64,000 nt of DNA from the human T2T-CHM13v2.0 reference genome, Homo sapiens. Shown here piece by piece: positions 15,301-30,300 of this stretch. Where the stretch lies: NCBI RefSeq assembly GCF_009914755.1, contig NC_060948.1; one strand, 5' to 3'. Position 1 is the first letter of the stretch; every line of letters begins with the position of its first letter. The position numbers and the translations under genes were made by a program. The notes below the pieces were generated by a model, which ran no database searches, had not been told where the DNA came from, and saw only the letters and a list, made by a program, of their open reading frames with translations.

Positions 15301-18300
15301 ATGTAATGAACTCGAATGTAATTGACTGGAATGGAATGTACATGAATGGAATGTAATCGAATGGAAAGTAATCCAATGGAATAGAATCTAATGCAATAAA
15401 ACCGACTCAGATAGAGTAGAATGTAGTGGAATGGAGTGCAGTGCAATGGAATGGAATGGAATTGAATGCAATGGAATGGAATGGAATGGAATGGAATGGA
15501 ATGGAATGGGATGGAATGGTATGGAATGGATAGTAATGGACTGGAGTGAAATGGACTGGAAAGGAATGGACTCAAATTGAAAGGGCTCGAAAGGAATGGA
15601 GTCAAATGGAATGGTCTGGAATGGAATGAAAACGAATGTAATGCAATCCAATAGAATGGAAACGAATGGCATGGAATATAAAGAAATGGAATCGAAGAGA
15701 ATGGAAACAAATGGAATGGAATTGAATGGAATGGAATTGAATGGAATGGGAACGAATGGAGTGAAATTGTATGCAGTAGAAGGGAATAGAATGGAATGCA
15801 AGCGAAAGGAAAGGAATGGATTGGAATGGAATGGAATTCATTGGAATGGAAGGGAATGTAGTGTAATGGACAGGCCTGGAATAAAGTGGAATGCTACGGT
15901 CTCGAATGGAATAAAAATGTATGGAATGGAATGCAATGAAACGGAATCGAATGTCATAGAATGTAATGGAATGCAACAAAATGGAATCCAAAATCATTGA
16001 CTGGAAAGGCTGGGTGTCGAAAGGAATTGACTCCAATGGAATGGAATCGAATGGAATGGAAGTGAATAGAATCGAACTAAATCGAATGGAATGGAATTGA
16101 TAGGAACGGAATGGAAAGGAATGCAATGATTTGGCATGGAATGGAATCGAATGGCATCGAATGGAATGGAATGGAATGCAATGGAATGGAATGTATTAGA
16201 ATGTAATGAACTTTAATGGAATGTACTCGAATGGATTCGACTGGAATGGAATGTTCTGGAAGTGAATGGACTCCAATGGAATGGATTCAAAACGAATGGA
16301 ATCGTACGGAATGGAATCTAATGGAATGGAATTAAATGGAAATGAATCAAATTGAATAGCACGGAATTGAATTGAATGGAATCGAATGCAATGGAATCTA
16401 ATGAAACGGAAAGGAAAGGAATGCAATGGAATGGAATGGGCTGGAATGGAAAGGAATCGAAACGAATGGAATGGAATCGAACTGAAGAGACTGGAATGGA
16501 ATGCACTGGAATGGAAGGGAGTGTAATGGAAGGTTCTCGAAAAAAATGGAATCGAATGGAATGGAATTGAATGGAACGGAATAGAGTCGAATGGAATTGA
16601 ATGGAATGGAATGGACTAGAGTGAAATGGAATCGAACCACAAGGAATGGAGAGGAATAGAATGGTCTCGAATTGAATGGAATCGTATGGAATGGCATCAA
16701 ACGGAATGGAATGGACAGCCACGGAATGGAATGCACTCGAATGCAATGGAGTCGAAACTAATGGACTGGAATAGAATGGACTCGACTGGTACGGACTCCA
16801 ATGGAAGGGAATCGAACGGAAGGGAATCGAACGGAATGGACTCGAAGGGAAAAGACTGCAATGGAAACGTCTCGAATGGAATGGAAATTAATGGAATGGA
16901 ATGGAATCGAATGAAATGGAGTCAAAAGGAATGGAATCGAATGGCAAGAAATCGAATGTAATGGAATCGCAAGGAATTGATGTGAACGGAACGGAATGGA
17001 ATGGAATCCAAAGGAATGGAATAGAATGGAATGGAATCGAATGGAAAGGACTCGAATGGAAATCACTCGAATAGAATGCAATTTAATAAAATAGGATCAA
17101 ATGTAATGGAATGGAATGGAAAGGAATCGAAACGAAAGGAATGGAGACAGATGGAATGGAATGGAATGGAACAGAGAGCAATGGTATAGAATGGAATGGA
17201 ATCATCTGGAATGGAATTGAATGGAATGGAATAATATGAAATGGAATGGAATGGAATGGAATGGAATGCCCTTGAATTAAATGGACTGGAATGGAATGGA
17301 CTCGAACAGAGTGGAATGGAAAGTGTTGAGATAGAATGGAATGGACTCGTTTGGAATGGTCTAGTATGCAATGCAATCGACTGGCAGGGAATCAAAAGGA
17401 ATGTAATCGAATGGATTGGACTGGAATGCAATGGACTCGAATAGATTGCAAACGGAATGCAAAGGAATGGAATGGAATAGTATGGAATGGAATGGAAAGG
17501 AATGGAGTGGAATAGACTAGAGTGGAATGGAATGGACTGGAAAGCAATGGACTGGAATGGAACTTTCTTGAATGGACTGGAATCAAACGGAATGGAATGC
17601 AATGCAATCAAATGGCATGGAATAAAATAGAATGAAAGAGAATCAAATGGAATTGAATCGAATGGAATCGAATGGATTGGAAAGGAATAGAATGGAATGG
17701 AATGGAATGGACTAGAATGGAATGGATTCGAATGGAAGGCAAAGGAATGGAATCTATTGGAATGGACTGTAATGGAATGGAATGGAAGGGATTGGAATGG
17801 ACTCGAATGGAATGGACTGCAATAGAAAGGATTCGAATGGAATGAAAAAGAATTGAATGGAATAGAACAGAATGGAATCAAATCGAATGAAATGGAATGG
17901 AATAGAAAGGAATGGAATGAAATGGAATGGAAAGGATTCGAATGGAATGCAATCGAATGGAATGGAATCGAACGGAATGGAATAAAATGGAAGAAAACTG
18001 GCAAGAAATGGAATCGAAATGAATGGAGTGTTATGGAACGGACTCAAAAGGAATTGAATGTAATAGAATGGAGTGGAGTGGACTCGAATATAATGGACTG
18101 GAATGGAATGAAATCACATGGAATGGGAACGAATGGAATGGAATGGAAAGGAATGGAATCGAATGGAAAGGAATCGAATGGAAGGGAATGAAATTGAATC
18201 AACAGGAATGGAAGGGAATAGAATAGACGGTAATGGAATGGACTCGAATAGAATGGACACGAATGCTCAAATTGAATGGACTCGAATGGAATGGAAACGA

Positions 18301-21300
18301 AAGGAATGTCATCGAATGGAATTGAATCGATTGGAATGAAATCGCATAGAATGGAGTGGAATCAAATGGAATTGAATCGAAAGGAAAGGAAGCGAATGGA
18401 CTGAAATGAAATGGAATGGAATTGAATGGAAAGTAATGCAATGGAATAGAATGGAACGAAATTTCACGGAATGGAATCAAACTGAATGGAATCAAATCAA
18501 TGGAATCCAATCAAATGGAATGGAGTAGATTGGATTGGATGGGATTGGAATGAAATGTACTGGAAAGGACTCGAATTTCATGAAACGGAATGGAATGAAT
18601 TGGAACGGAATGGACTCGAATGGAATGGAATGTCATAGAATGGCATCAAATGGAATGGCATCAAATGGAATGGAATCGAATGCAATGGAATGCTATGGAA
18701 TGGAATGGAATGCATTGGAATGGAATGTCCTCTAATGGAATGGATTCGAGTGGAATGGAATCGAATATAATGGAGTCGAATGAAATGGAATTGAAAGGAA
18801 TGGGATCGAATACAATGGAATATACTGGAATGTAATGTAATGAACTCGAATGTAATTGACTGGAATGGAATGTACATGAATGGAATGTAATCGAATGGAA
18901 AGTAATCCAATGGAATAGAATCTAATGCAATAAAATCGACTCAGATAGAGTAGAATGTAATGGAATGGAGTGCAGTGCAATGGAATGGAATGGAATGGAA
19001 TGCAATGGAATGGAATGGAATGGAATGGAATGGAATGGAATGGGATGGAATGGTATGGAATGGATGGTAATGGACTGGAGTGAAATGGACTGGAAAGGAA
19101 TGGACTCAAATTGAAAGGGCTGGAAAGGAATGGAGTCAAATGGAATGGTCTGGAATGGAATGAACACGAAAGTAATGCAATCCAATAGAATGGAATCGAA
19201 TGGCATGGAATATAATGAAATGGAATCGAAGAGAATGGAAACAAATGGAATGGAATTGAATGGAATGGAATTGAATGGAATGGGAACGAATGGAGTGAAA
19301 TTGTATGCAGTAGAAGGGAATAGAATGGAATGCAAGCGAAAGGAAAGGAATGGATTGGAATGGAATGGAATTCATTGGAATGTAAGGGAATGTAGTGTAA
19401 TGGACAGGCCTGGAATAAAGTGGAATGCTACGGTCTCGAATGGAATAAAAATGTATGGAATGGAATGCATTGAAACGGAATCGAACGTCATAGAATGTAA
19501 TGGAATGCAAAAAAATGGAATCCAAAATCATTGACTGGAAAGGCTGGGTGTCGAAAGGAATTGACTCCAATGGAATGGAATCGAATGGAATGGAAGTGAA
19601 TAGAATCGAACTAAATCGAATGGAATGGAATTGATAGGAACGGAATGGAAAGGAATGCAATGATTTGGCACGGAATGGAATCGAATGGCATCGAACGGAA
19701 TGGAATGGAATGCAATTGAATGGAACGTATTAGAATGTAATGAACTTTAATGGAATGTACTCGAATGGATTCGACTGGAATGGAATGTTCTGGAAGTCAA
19801 TGGACTCCAATGGAATGGATTCAAAAGGAATGGAATCGTACGGAATGGAATCTAATGGAATGGAATTAAATGGAAATGAATCAAATTGAATAGCATGGAA
19901 TTGAATTGAATGGAATCGAATGCAATGGAATCTAATGAAACGGAAAGGAAAGGAATGGAATGGAATGGAATGGGCTGGAATGGAAAGGAATCGAAACGAA
20001 TGGAATGGAATCGAACTGACGAGACTGGAATGGAATGCACTGGAATGGAAGGGAGTGTAATGGAAGGTTCTCGAAAAAAATGGAATCGAATGGAATGGAA
20101 TTGAATGGAACGGAATAGAGTCGAATGGAATTGAATGGAATGGAATGGACTAGAGTGAAATGGAATCGAACCACAAGGAATGGAGAGGAATAGAATGGTC
20201 TCGAATTGAATGGAATCGTATGGAATGGCATCAAACGGAATGGAATGGACAGCCACGGAATGGAATGCACTCGAATGCAATGGAGTCGAAACTAATGGAC
20301 TGGAATAGAATGGATTCGACTGGTACGGACTCCAATGGAATGGAATCGAATGGAAGGGAATCGAACGGAATGGACTCGAAGGGAAAAGACTGCAATGGAA
20401 AGGTCTCGAATGGAATGGAAATTAATGGAATGGAATGGAATCGAATGAAATGGAGTCAAAAGGAATGGAATCGAATGGCAAGAAATCGAATGTAATGGAA
20501 TCGCAAGGAATTGATGTGAACGGAACGGAATGGAATGGAATCCAAAGGAATGGAATAGAATGGAATGGAATCGAATGGAAAGGACTCGAATGGAAATCAC
20601 TCGAATAGAATGCAATTTAATAAAATAGGATCAAATGTAATGGAATGGAATGGAAAGGAATCGAAACGAAAGGAATGGAGACAGATGGAATGGAATGGAA
20701 CAGAGAGCAATGGTATAGAATGGAATGGAATCATCTGGAATGGAATTGAATGGAATGGAATAATATGAAATGGAATGGAATGGAATGGAATGGAATGCCC
20801 TTGAATTAAATGGACTGGAATGGAATGGACTCGAACAGAGTGGAATGGAAAGTGTTGAGATAGAATGGAATGGACTCGTTTGGAATGGTGTAGTATGCAA
20901 TGCAATCGACTGGCAGGGAATCAAAAGGAATGTAATGGAATGGATTGGACTGGAATGCAATGGACTCGAATAGATTGCAAACGGAATGCAAAGGAATGGA
21001 ATGGAATAGTATGGAATGGAATGGAAAGGAATGGAGTGGAATAGACTAGAGTGGAATGGAATGAACTGGAAAGCAATAGACTGGAATGGAACTTTCTTGA
21101 ATGGACTGGAATCAAACGGAATGGAATGCAATGCAATCAAATGGCATGGAATAAAATAGAATGAAAGAGAATCAAATGGAATTGAATCGAATGGAATCGA
21201 ATGGATTGGAAAGGAATAGAATGGAATGGAATGGAATTGACTCAAATGGAATGGACTAGAATGGAATGGATTCGAATGGAAGGCAAAGGAATGGAATCTA

Positions 21301-24300
21301 TTGGAATGGACTGTAATGGAATGGAATGGAAGGGATTGGAATGGACTCGAATGGAATGGACTGCAATAGAAAGGATTCGAATGGAATGAAAAAGAATTGA
21401 ATGGAATAGAACAGAATGGAATCAAATCGAATGAAATGGAATGGAATAGAAAGGAATGGAATGAAATGGAATGGAAAGGATTCGAATGGAATGCAATCGA
21501 ATGGAATGGAATCGAACGGAATGGAATAAAATGGAAGAAAACTGGCAAGAAATGGAATCGAAATGAATGGAGTGTTATGGAACGGACTCAAAAGGAATTG
21601 AATGTAATAGAATGGAGTGGAGTGGACTCGAATATAATGGACTGGAATGGAATGAAATCACATGGAATGGGAACGAATGGAATGGAATGGAAAGGAATGG
21701 AATCGAATGGAAAGGAATCGAATGGAAGGGAATGAAATTGAATCAACAGGAATGGAAGGGAATAGAATAGACGGTAATGGAATGGACTCGAATTGAATGG
21801 ACACGAATGCTCAAATTGAATGGACTCGAATGGAATGGAAACGAAAGGAATGTCATCGAATGGAATTGAATCGATTGGAATGAAATCGCATAGAATGGAG
21901 TGGAATCAAATGGAATTGAATCGAAAGGAAAGGAAGCGAATGGACTGAAATGAAATGGAATGGAATTGAATGGAAAGTAATGCAATGGAATAGAATGGAA
22001 CGAAATTTCACGGAATGGAATCAAACTGAATGGAATCAAATCAATGGAATCTAATCAAATGGAATGGAAAGGAATTGAATGGAGTAGATTGGATTGGATG
22101 GGATTGGAATGAAATGTACTGGAAAGGACTCGAATTTCATGAAACGGAATGGAATGAATTGGAACGGAATGGACTCGAATGGAATGGAATGTCATGGAAT
22201 GGCATCAAATGGAATGGCATCAAATGGAATGGAATCGAATGCAATGGAATGCTATGGAATGGAATGGAATGCATTGGAATGGAATGTCCTCTAATGGAAT
22301 GGATTCGAGTGGAATGGAATCGAATATAATGGAGTCGAATGAAATGGAATTGAAAAGAATGGGATCGAATACAATGGAATATACTGGAATGTAATGTAAT
22401 GAACTCGAATGTAATTGACTGGAATGGAATGTACATGAATGGAATGTAATCGAATGGAAAGTAATCCAATGGAATAGAAACTAATGCAATAAAATCGACT
22501 AAAATAGAGTAGAATGTAATGGAATGGAGTGCAGTGCAATGGAATGGAATGGAATGGAATGCAATGGAATGGAATGGATTGGAATGGAATGGGATGGAAT
22601 GGTGTGGAATGGATAGTAATGGACTGGTGTGAAATGGACTGGAAAGGAATGGACTCAAATTGAAAGGGCTCGAAAGGAATGGAGTCAAATGGAATGGTCT
22701 GGAATGGAATGAACACGAATGTAATGCAATCCAATAGAATGGAATCGAATGGCATGGAATATAAAGAAATGGAATCGAAGAGAATGGAAACAAATGGAAT
22801 GGAATTGAATGGAATGGAATTGAATGGAATGGGAACGAATGGAGTGAAATTGTGTGCAGTAGAAGAGAATAGAATGGAATGCAAGTGAAAGGAAAGGAAT
22901 GGATTGGAATGGAATGGAATTCATTGGAATGGAAGGGAATGTAGTGTAATGGACAGGCCTGGAATAAAGTGGAATGCTACGGTCTCGAATGGAATAAAAA
23001 TGTATGGAATGGAATGCAATGAAACGGAATCGAATGTCATAGAATGTAATGGAATGCAAAAAAATGGAATCCAGAATCATTGACTGGAAAGGCTGGGTGT
23101 CGAAAGGAATTGACTCCAAGGGAATGGAATCGAATGGAATGGAAGTGAATAGAATCGAACTAAATCGAATGGAATGGAATTGATAGGAACGGAATGGAAA
23201 GGAATGCAATGATTTGGCATGGAATGGAATCGAATGGCATCGAATGGAATGGAATGGAATGCAATGGAATGGAATGTATTAGAATGTAATGAACTTTAAT
23301 GGAATGTACTCGAATGGATTCGACTGGAATGGAATGTTCTGGAAGTGAATGGACTCCAATGGAATGGATTCAAAAGGAATGGAATCGTACGGAATGGAAT
23401 CTAATGGAATGGAATTAAATGGAAATGAATCAAATTGAATAGCACGGAATTGAATTGAATGGAATCGAATGCAATGGAATCTAATGAAACGGAAAGGAAA
23501 GGAATGGAATGGAATGGAATGGGCTGGAATGGAAAGGAATCGAAACGAATGGAATGGAATCGAACTGAAGAGACTGGAATGGAATGCACTGGAATGGAAG
23601 GGAGTGTAATGGAAGGTTCTCGAAAAAAATGGAATCGAATGGAATGGAATTGAATGGAACGGAATAGAGTCGAATGGAATTGAATGGAATGGAATGGACT
23701 AGAGTGAAATGGAATCGAACCACAAGGAATGGAGAGGAATAGAATGGTCTCGAATTGAATGGAATCGTATGGAATGGCATCAAACGGAATGGAATGGACA
23801 GCCACGGAATGGAATGCACTCGAATGCAATGGAGTCGAAACTAATGGACTGGAATAGAATGGACTCGACTGGTACGGACTGCAATGGAATGGAATCGAAT
23901 GGAAGGGAATCGAACGGAATGGACTCGAAGGGAAAAGACTGCAATGGAAAGGTCTCGAATGGAATGGAAATTAATGGAATGGAATGGAATCGAATGAAAT
24001 GGAGTCAAAAGGAATGGAATCGAATGGCAAGAAATCGAATGTAATGGAATCGCAAGGAATTGATGTGAACGGAACGGAATGGAATGGAATCCAAAGGAAT
24101 GGAATAGAATGGAATGGAATCGAATGGAAAGGACTCGAATGGAAATCACTCGAATAGAATGCAATTTAATAAAATAGGATCAAATGTAATGGAATGGAAT
24201 GGAAAGGAATCGAAACGAAAGGAATGGAGACAGATGGAATGGAATGGAACAGAGAGCAATGGTATAGAATGGAATGGAATCATCTGGAATGGAATTGAAT

Positions 24301-27300
24301 GGAATGGAATAATATGAAATGGAATGGAATGGAATGGAATGCCCTTGAATTAAATGGACTGGAATGGAATGGACTCGAACAGAGTGGAATGGAAAGTGTT
24401 GACATAGAATGGAATGGACTCGTTTGGAATGGTGTAGTATGCAATGCAATCGACTGGCAGGGAATCAAAAGGAATGTAATGGAATGGATTGGACTGGAAT
24501 GCAATGGACTCGAATAGATTGGAAACGGAATGCAAAGGAATGGAATGGAATAGTATGGAATGGAATGGAAAGGAATGGAGTGGAATAGACTAGAGTGGAA
24601 TGGAATGGACTGGAAAGCAATGGACTGGAATGGAACTTTCTTGAATGGACTGGAATCAAACGGAATGGAATGCAATGCAATCAAATGGCATGGAATAAAA
24701 TAGAATGAAAGAGAATCAAATGGAATTGAATCGAATGGAATCGAATGGATTGGAAAGAATAGAATGGAATGGAATGGAATTGACTCAAATGGAATGGACT
24801 AGAATGGAATGGATTCGAATGGAAGGCAAAGGAATGGAATCTATTGGAATGGACTGTAATGGAATGGAATGGAAGGGATTGGAATGGACTCAAATGGAAT
24901 GGACTGCAATAGAAAGGATTCGAATGGAATGAAAAAGAATTGAATGGAATAGAACAGAATGGAATCAAATCGAATGAAATGGAATGGAATAGAAAGGAAT
25001 GGAATGAAATGGAATGGAAAGGATTCGAATGGAATGCAATCGAATGGAATGGAATCGAACGGTATGGAATAAAATGGAAGAAAACTGGCAAGAAATGGAA
25101 TCGAAATGAATGGAGTGTTATGGAACGGACTCAAAAGGAATTGAATGTAATAGAATGGAGTGGAGTGGACTCGAATATAATGGACTGGAATGGAATGAAA
25201 TCACATGGAATGGGAACGAATGGAATGGAATGGAAAGGAATGGAATCGAATGGAATCGAATTGAATGGAATCGAATGGAAGGGAATGAAATTGAATCAAC
25301 AGGAATGGAAGGGAATAGAATAGACGGTAATGGAATGGACTCGAATAGAATGGACACGAATGCTCAAATTGAATGGACTCGAATGGAATGGAAACGAAAG
25401 GAATGTCATCGAATGGAATTGAATCGATTGGAATGAAATCGCATAGAATGGAGTGGAATCAAATGGAATTGAATCGAAAGGAAAGGAAGCGAATGGACTG
25501 AAATGAAATGGAATGGAATTGAATGGAAAGTTATGTAATAGAATAGAATGGAACGAAATTTCACGGAATGGAATCAAACTGAATGGAATCAAATCAATGG
25601 AATCAAATCAAATGGAATGGAAAGGAATTGAATGGAGTAGATTGGATTGGATGGGATTGGAATGAAATGTACTGGAAAGGACTCGAATTTCATGAAACGG
25701 AATGCAATGAATTGGAACGGAACGGACTCGAATGGAATGGAATGTCATGGAATGGCATCAAATGGAATGGCATCAAATGGAATGGAATCGAATGCAATGG
25801 AATGCTATGGAATGGAATGGAATGCATTGGAATGGAATGTCCTCTAATGGAATGGATTCGAGTGGAATGGAATCGAATATAATGGAGTCGAATGAAATGG
25901 AATTGAAAGGAATGGGATCGAATACAATGGAATATACTGGAATGTAATGTAATGAACTCGAATGTAATTGACTGGAGTGGAATGTACATGCATGGAATGT
26001 AATCGAATGGAAAGTAATCCAATGGAATAGAATCTAATGCAATAAAATCGACTCAGATAGAGTAGAATGTAATGGAATGGAGTGCAGTGCCATGGAATGG
26101 AATGGAATGGAATGCAATGGAATGGAATGGAATGCAATGGAATGGAATGGAATGGAATGGAATGGGATGGAATGGTGTGGAATGGATAGTAATGGACTGG
26201 AGTGAAATGGACTGGAAAGGAATGGACTCAAATTGAAAGGGCTCGAAAGGAATGGAGTCAAATGGAATGGTCTGGAATGGAATGAACACGAATGTAATGC
26301 AATCCAATAGAATGGAATCGAATGGCATGGAATATAAAGAAATGGAATCGAAGAGAATGGAAACAAATGGAATGGAATTGAATGGAATGGAATTGAATGG
26401 AATGGGAACGAATGGAGTGAAATTGTATGCAGTAGAAGGGAATAGAATGGAATGCAAGCGAAAGGAAAGGAATGGATTGGAATGGAATGGAATTCATTGG
26501 AATGGAAGGGAATGTAGTGTAATGGACAGGCCTGGAATAAAGTGGAATGCTACGGTCTCGAATGGAATAAAAATGTATGGAATGGAATGCAATGAAACGG
26601 AATCGAATGTCATAGAATGTAATGGAATGCAAAAAAATGGAATCCAAAATCATTGACTGGAAAGGCTGGGTGTCGAAAGGAATTGACTCCAATGGAATGG
26701 AATTGAATGGAATGGAAGAGAATAGAATCGAACTAAATCGAATGGAATGGAATTGATAGGAACGGAATGGAAAGGAATGCAATCATTTGGCATGGAATGG
26801 AATCGAATGGCATCGAATGGAATGGAATGGAATGCAATGGAATGGAATGTATTAGAATGTAATGAACTTTAATGGAATGTACTCGAATGGAATCGACTGG
26901 AATGGAATGTTCTGGAAGTGAATGGACTCCAATGGAATGGATTCAAAAGGAATGGAATCGTACGGAATGGAATCTAATGGAATGGAATTAAATGGAAATG
27001 AATCAAACTGAATAGAACGGAATTGAATTGAATGGAATCGAATGCAATGGAATCTAATGAAACGGAAAGGAAAGGAATGGAATGGAATGGAATGGGCTGG
27101 AATGGAAAGGAATCGAAACGAATGGAATGGAATCGAACTGAAGAGACTGGAATGGAATGCACTGGATGGAAGGGAGTGTAATGGAAGGTTCTCGAAAAAA
27201 ATGGAATCGAATGGAATGGAATTGAATGGAACGGAATAGAGTCGAATGGAATTGAATGGAATGGAATGGACTAGAGTGAAATGGAATCGAACCACAAGGA

Positions 27301-30300
27301 ATGGACAGGAATAGAATGGTCTCGAATTGAATGGAATCGTATGGAATGGCATCAAACGGAATGGAATGGACAGCCACGGAATGGAATGCACTCGAATGCA
27401 ATGGAGTCGAAACTAATGGACTGGAATAGAATGGACTCGACTGGTACGGACTCCAATGGAATGGAATCGAATGGAAGGGAATCGAACGGAATGGACTCGA
27501 AGGGAAAAGACTGCAATGGAAAGGTCTCGAATGGAATGGAAATTAATGGAATGGAATGGAATCGAATGAAATGGAGTCAAAAGGAATGGAATCGAATGGC
27601 AAGAAATCGAATGTAATGGAATCGCAAGGAATTGATGTGAACGGAACGGAATGGAATGGAATCCAAAGGAATGGAATAGAATGGAATGGAATCGAATGGA
27701 AAGGACTCGAATGGAAATCACTCGAATAGAATGCAATTTAATAAAATAGGATCAAATGTAATGGAATGGAATGGAAAGGAATCGAAACGAAAGGAATGGA
27801 GACAGATGGAATGGAATGGAACAGAGAGCAATGGTATAGAATGGAATGGAATCATCTGGAATGGAATTGAATGGAATGGAATAATATGAAATGGAATGGA
27901 ATGGAATGGAATGGAATGCCCTTGAATTAAATGGACTGGAATGGAATGGACTCGAACAGAGTGGAATGGAAAGTGTTGAGATAGAATGGAATGGACTCCT
28001 TTGGAATGGAGTAGTATGCAATGCAATCGACTGGCAGGGAATCAAAAGGAATGTAATGGAATGGATTGGACTGGAATGCAATGGACTCGAATAGATTGGA
28101 AACGGAATGCAAAGGAATGGAATGGAATAGTATGGAATGGAATGGAAAGGAATGGAGTGGAATAGACTAGAGTGGAATGGAATGGACTCGAAAGCAATGG
28201 ACTGGAATGGAACTTTCTTGAATGGACTGGAATCAAACGGAATGGAATGCAATGCAATCAAATGGCATGGAATAAAATAGAATGAAAGAGAATCAAATGG
28301 AATTGAATCGAATGGAATCGAATGGATTGGAAAGGAATAGAATGGAATGGAATGGAATTGACTCAAATGGAATGGACTAGAATGGAATGGATTCAAATGG
28401 AAGGCAAAGGAATGGAATCTATTGGAATGGACTGTAATGGAATGGAATGGAAGGGATTGGAATGGACTCGAATGGAATGGACTGCAATAGAAAGGATTCG
28501 AATGGAATGAAAAAGAATTGAATGGAATAGAACAGAATGGAATCAAATCGAATGAAATGGAATGGAATAGAAAGGAATGGAATGAAATGGAATGGAAAGG
28601 ATTCGAATGGAATGCAATCGAATGGAATGGAATCGAACGGAATGGAATAAAATGGAAGAAAACTGGCAAGAAATGGAATCGAAATGAATGGAGTGTTATG
28701 GAACGGACTCAAAAGGAATTGAATGTAATAGAATGGAGTGGAGTGGACTCGAATATAATGGACTGGAATGGAATGAAATCACATGGAATGGGAACGAATG
28801 GAATGGAATGGAAAGGAATGGAATCGAATGGAAAGGAATCGAATGGAAGGGAATGAAATTGAATCAACAGGAATGGAAGAGAATAGAATAGACGGTAATG
28901 GAATGGACTCGAATAGAATGGACACGAATGCTCAAATTGAATGGACTCGAATGGAATGGAAACGAAAGGAATGTCATCGAATGGAATTGAATCGATTGGA
29001 ATGAAATCGCATAGAATGGAGTGGAATCAAATGGAATTGAATCGAAAGGAAAGGAAGCGAATGGACTGAAATGAAATGGAATGGAATTGAATGGAAAGTT
29101 ATGTAATGGAATAGAATGGAACGAAATTTCACGGAATGCAATCAAACTGAATGGAATCAAATCAATGGAATCAAATCAAATGGAATGGAAAGGAATTGAA
29201 TGGAGTAGATTGGATTGGATGGGATTGGAATGAAATATACTGGAAAGGACTCGAATTTCATGAAACGGAATGGAATGAATTGGAACGGAACGGACTCGAA
29301 TGGAATGGAATGTCATGGAATGGCATCAAATGGAATGGCATCAAATGGAATGGAATCGAATGCAATGGAGTGCTATGGAATGGAATGGAATGCATTGGAA
29401 TGGAATGTCCTCTAATGGACTGGATTCGAGTGGAATGGAATCGAATATAATGGAGTCGAATGAAATGGAATTGAAAGGAATGGGATCGAATATAATGGAA
29501 TATACTGGAATGTAATGTAATGAACTCGAATGTAATTGACTGGAATGGAATGTACATGAATGGAATGTAATCGAATGGAAAGTAATCCAATGGAATAGAA
29601 TCTAATGCAATAAAATCGACTCAGATAGAGTAGAATGTAATGGAATGGAGTGCAGTGCAATGGAATGGAATGGAATGGAATGCAATGGAATGGAATGGAA
29701 TGGAATGGAATGCAATGGGATGGTGTGGAATGGATAGTAATGGACTGGAGTGAAATGGACTGGAAAGGAATGGACTCAAATTGAAAGGGCTCGAAAGGAT
29801 TGGAGTCAAATGGAATGGTCTGGAATGGAATGAACACGAATGTAATGCAATCCAATAGAATGGAATCGAATGGCATGGAATATAAAGAAATGGAATCGAA
29901 GAGAATGGAAACAAATGGAATGGAATTGAATGGAATGGAATTGAATGGAATGGGAACGAATGGAGTGAAATTGTATGCAGTAGAAGAGAATAGAATGGAA
30001 TGCAAGCGAAAGGAAAGGAATGGATTGGAATGGAATGGAATTCATTGGAATGGAAGGGAATGTAGTGTAATGGACAGGCCTGGAATAAAGTGGAATGCTA
30101 CGGTCTCGAATGGAATAAAAATGTATGGAATGGAATGCAATGAAACGGAATCGAATGTCATAGAATGTAATGGAATGCAAAAAAATGGAATCCAAAATCA
30201 TTGACTGGAAAGGCTGGGTGTCGAAAGGAATTGACTCCAATGGAATGGAATCGAATGGAATGGAAGTGAATAGAATCGAACTAAATCGAATGGAATGGAA

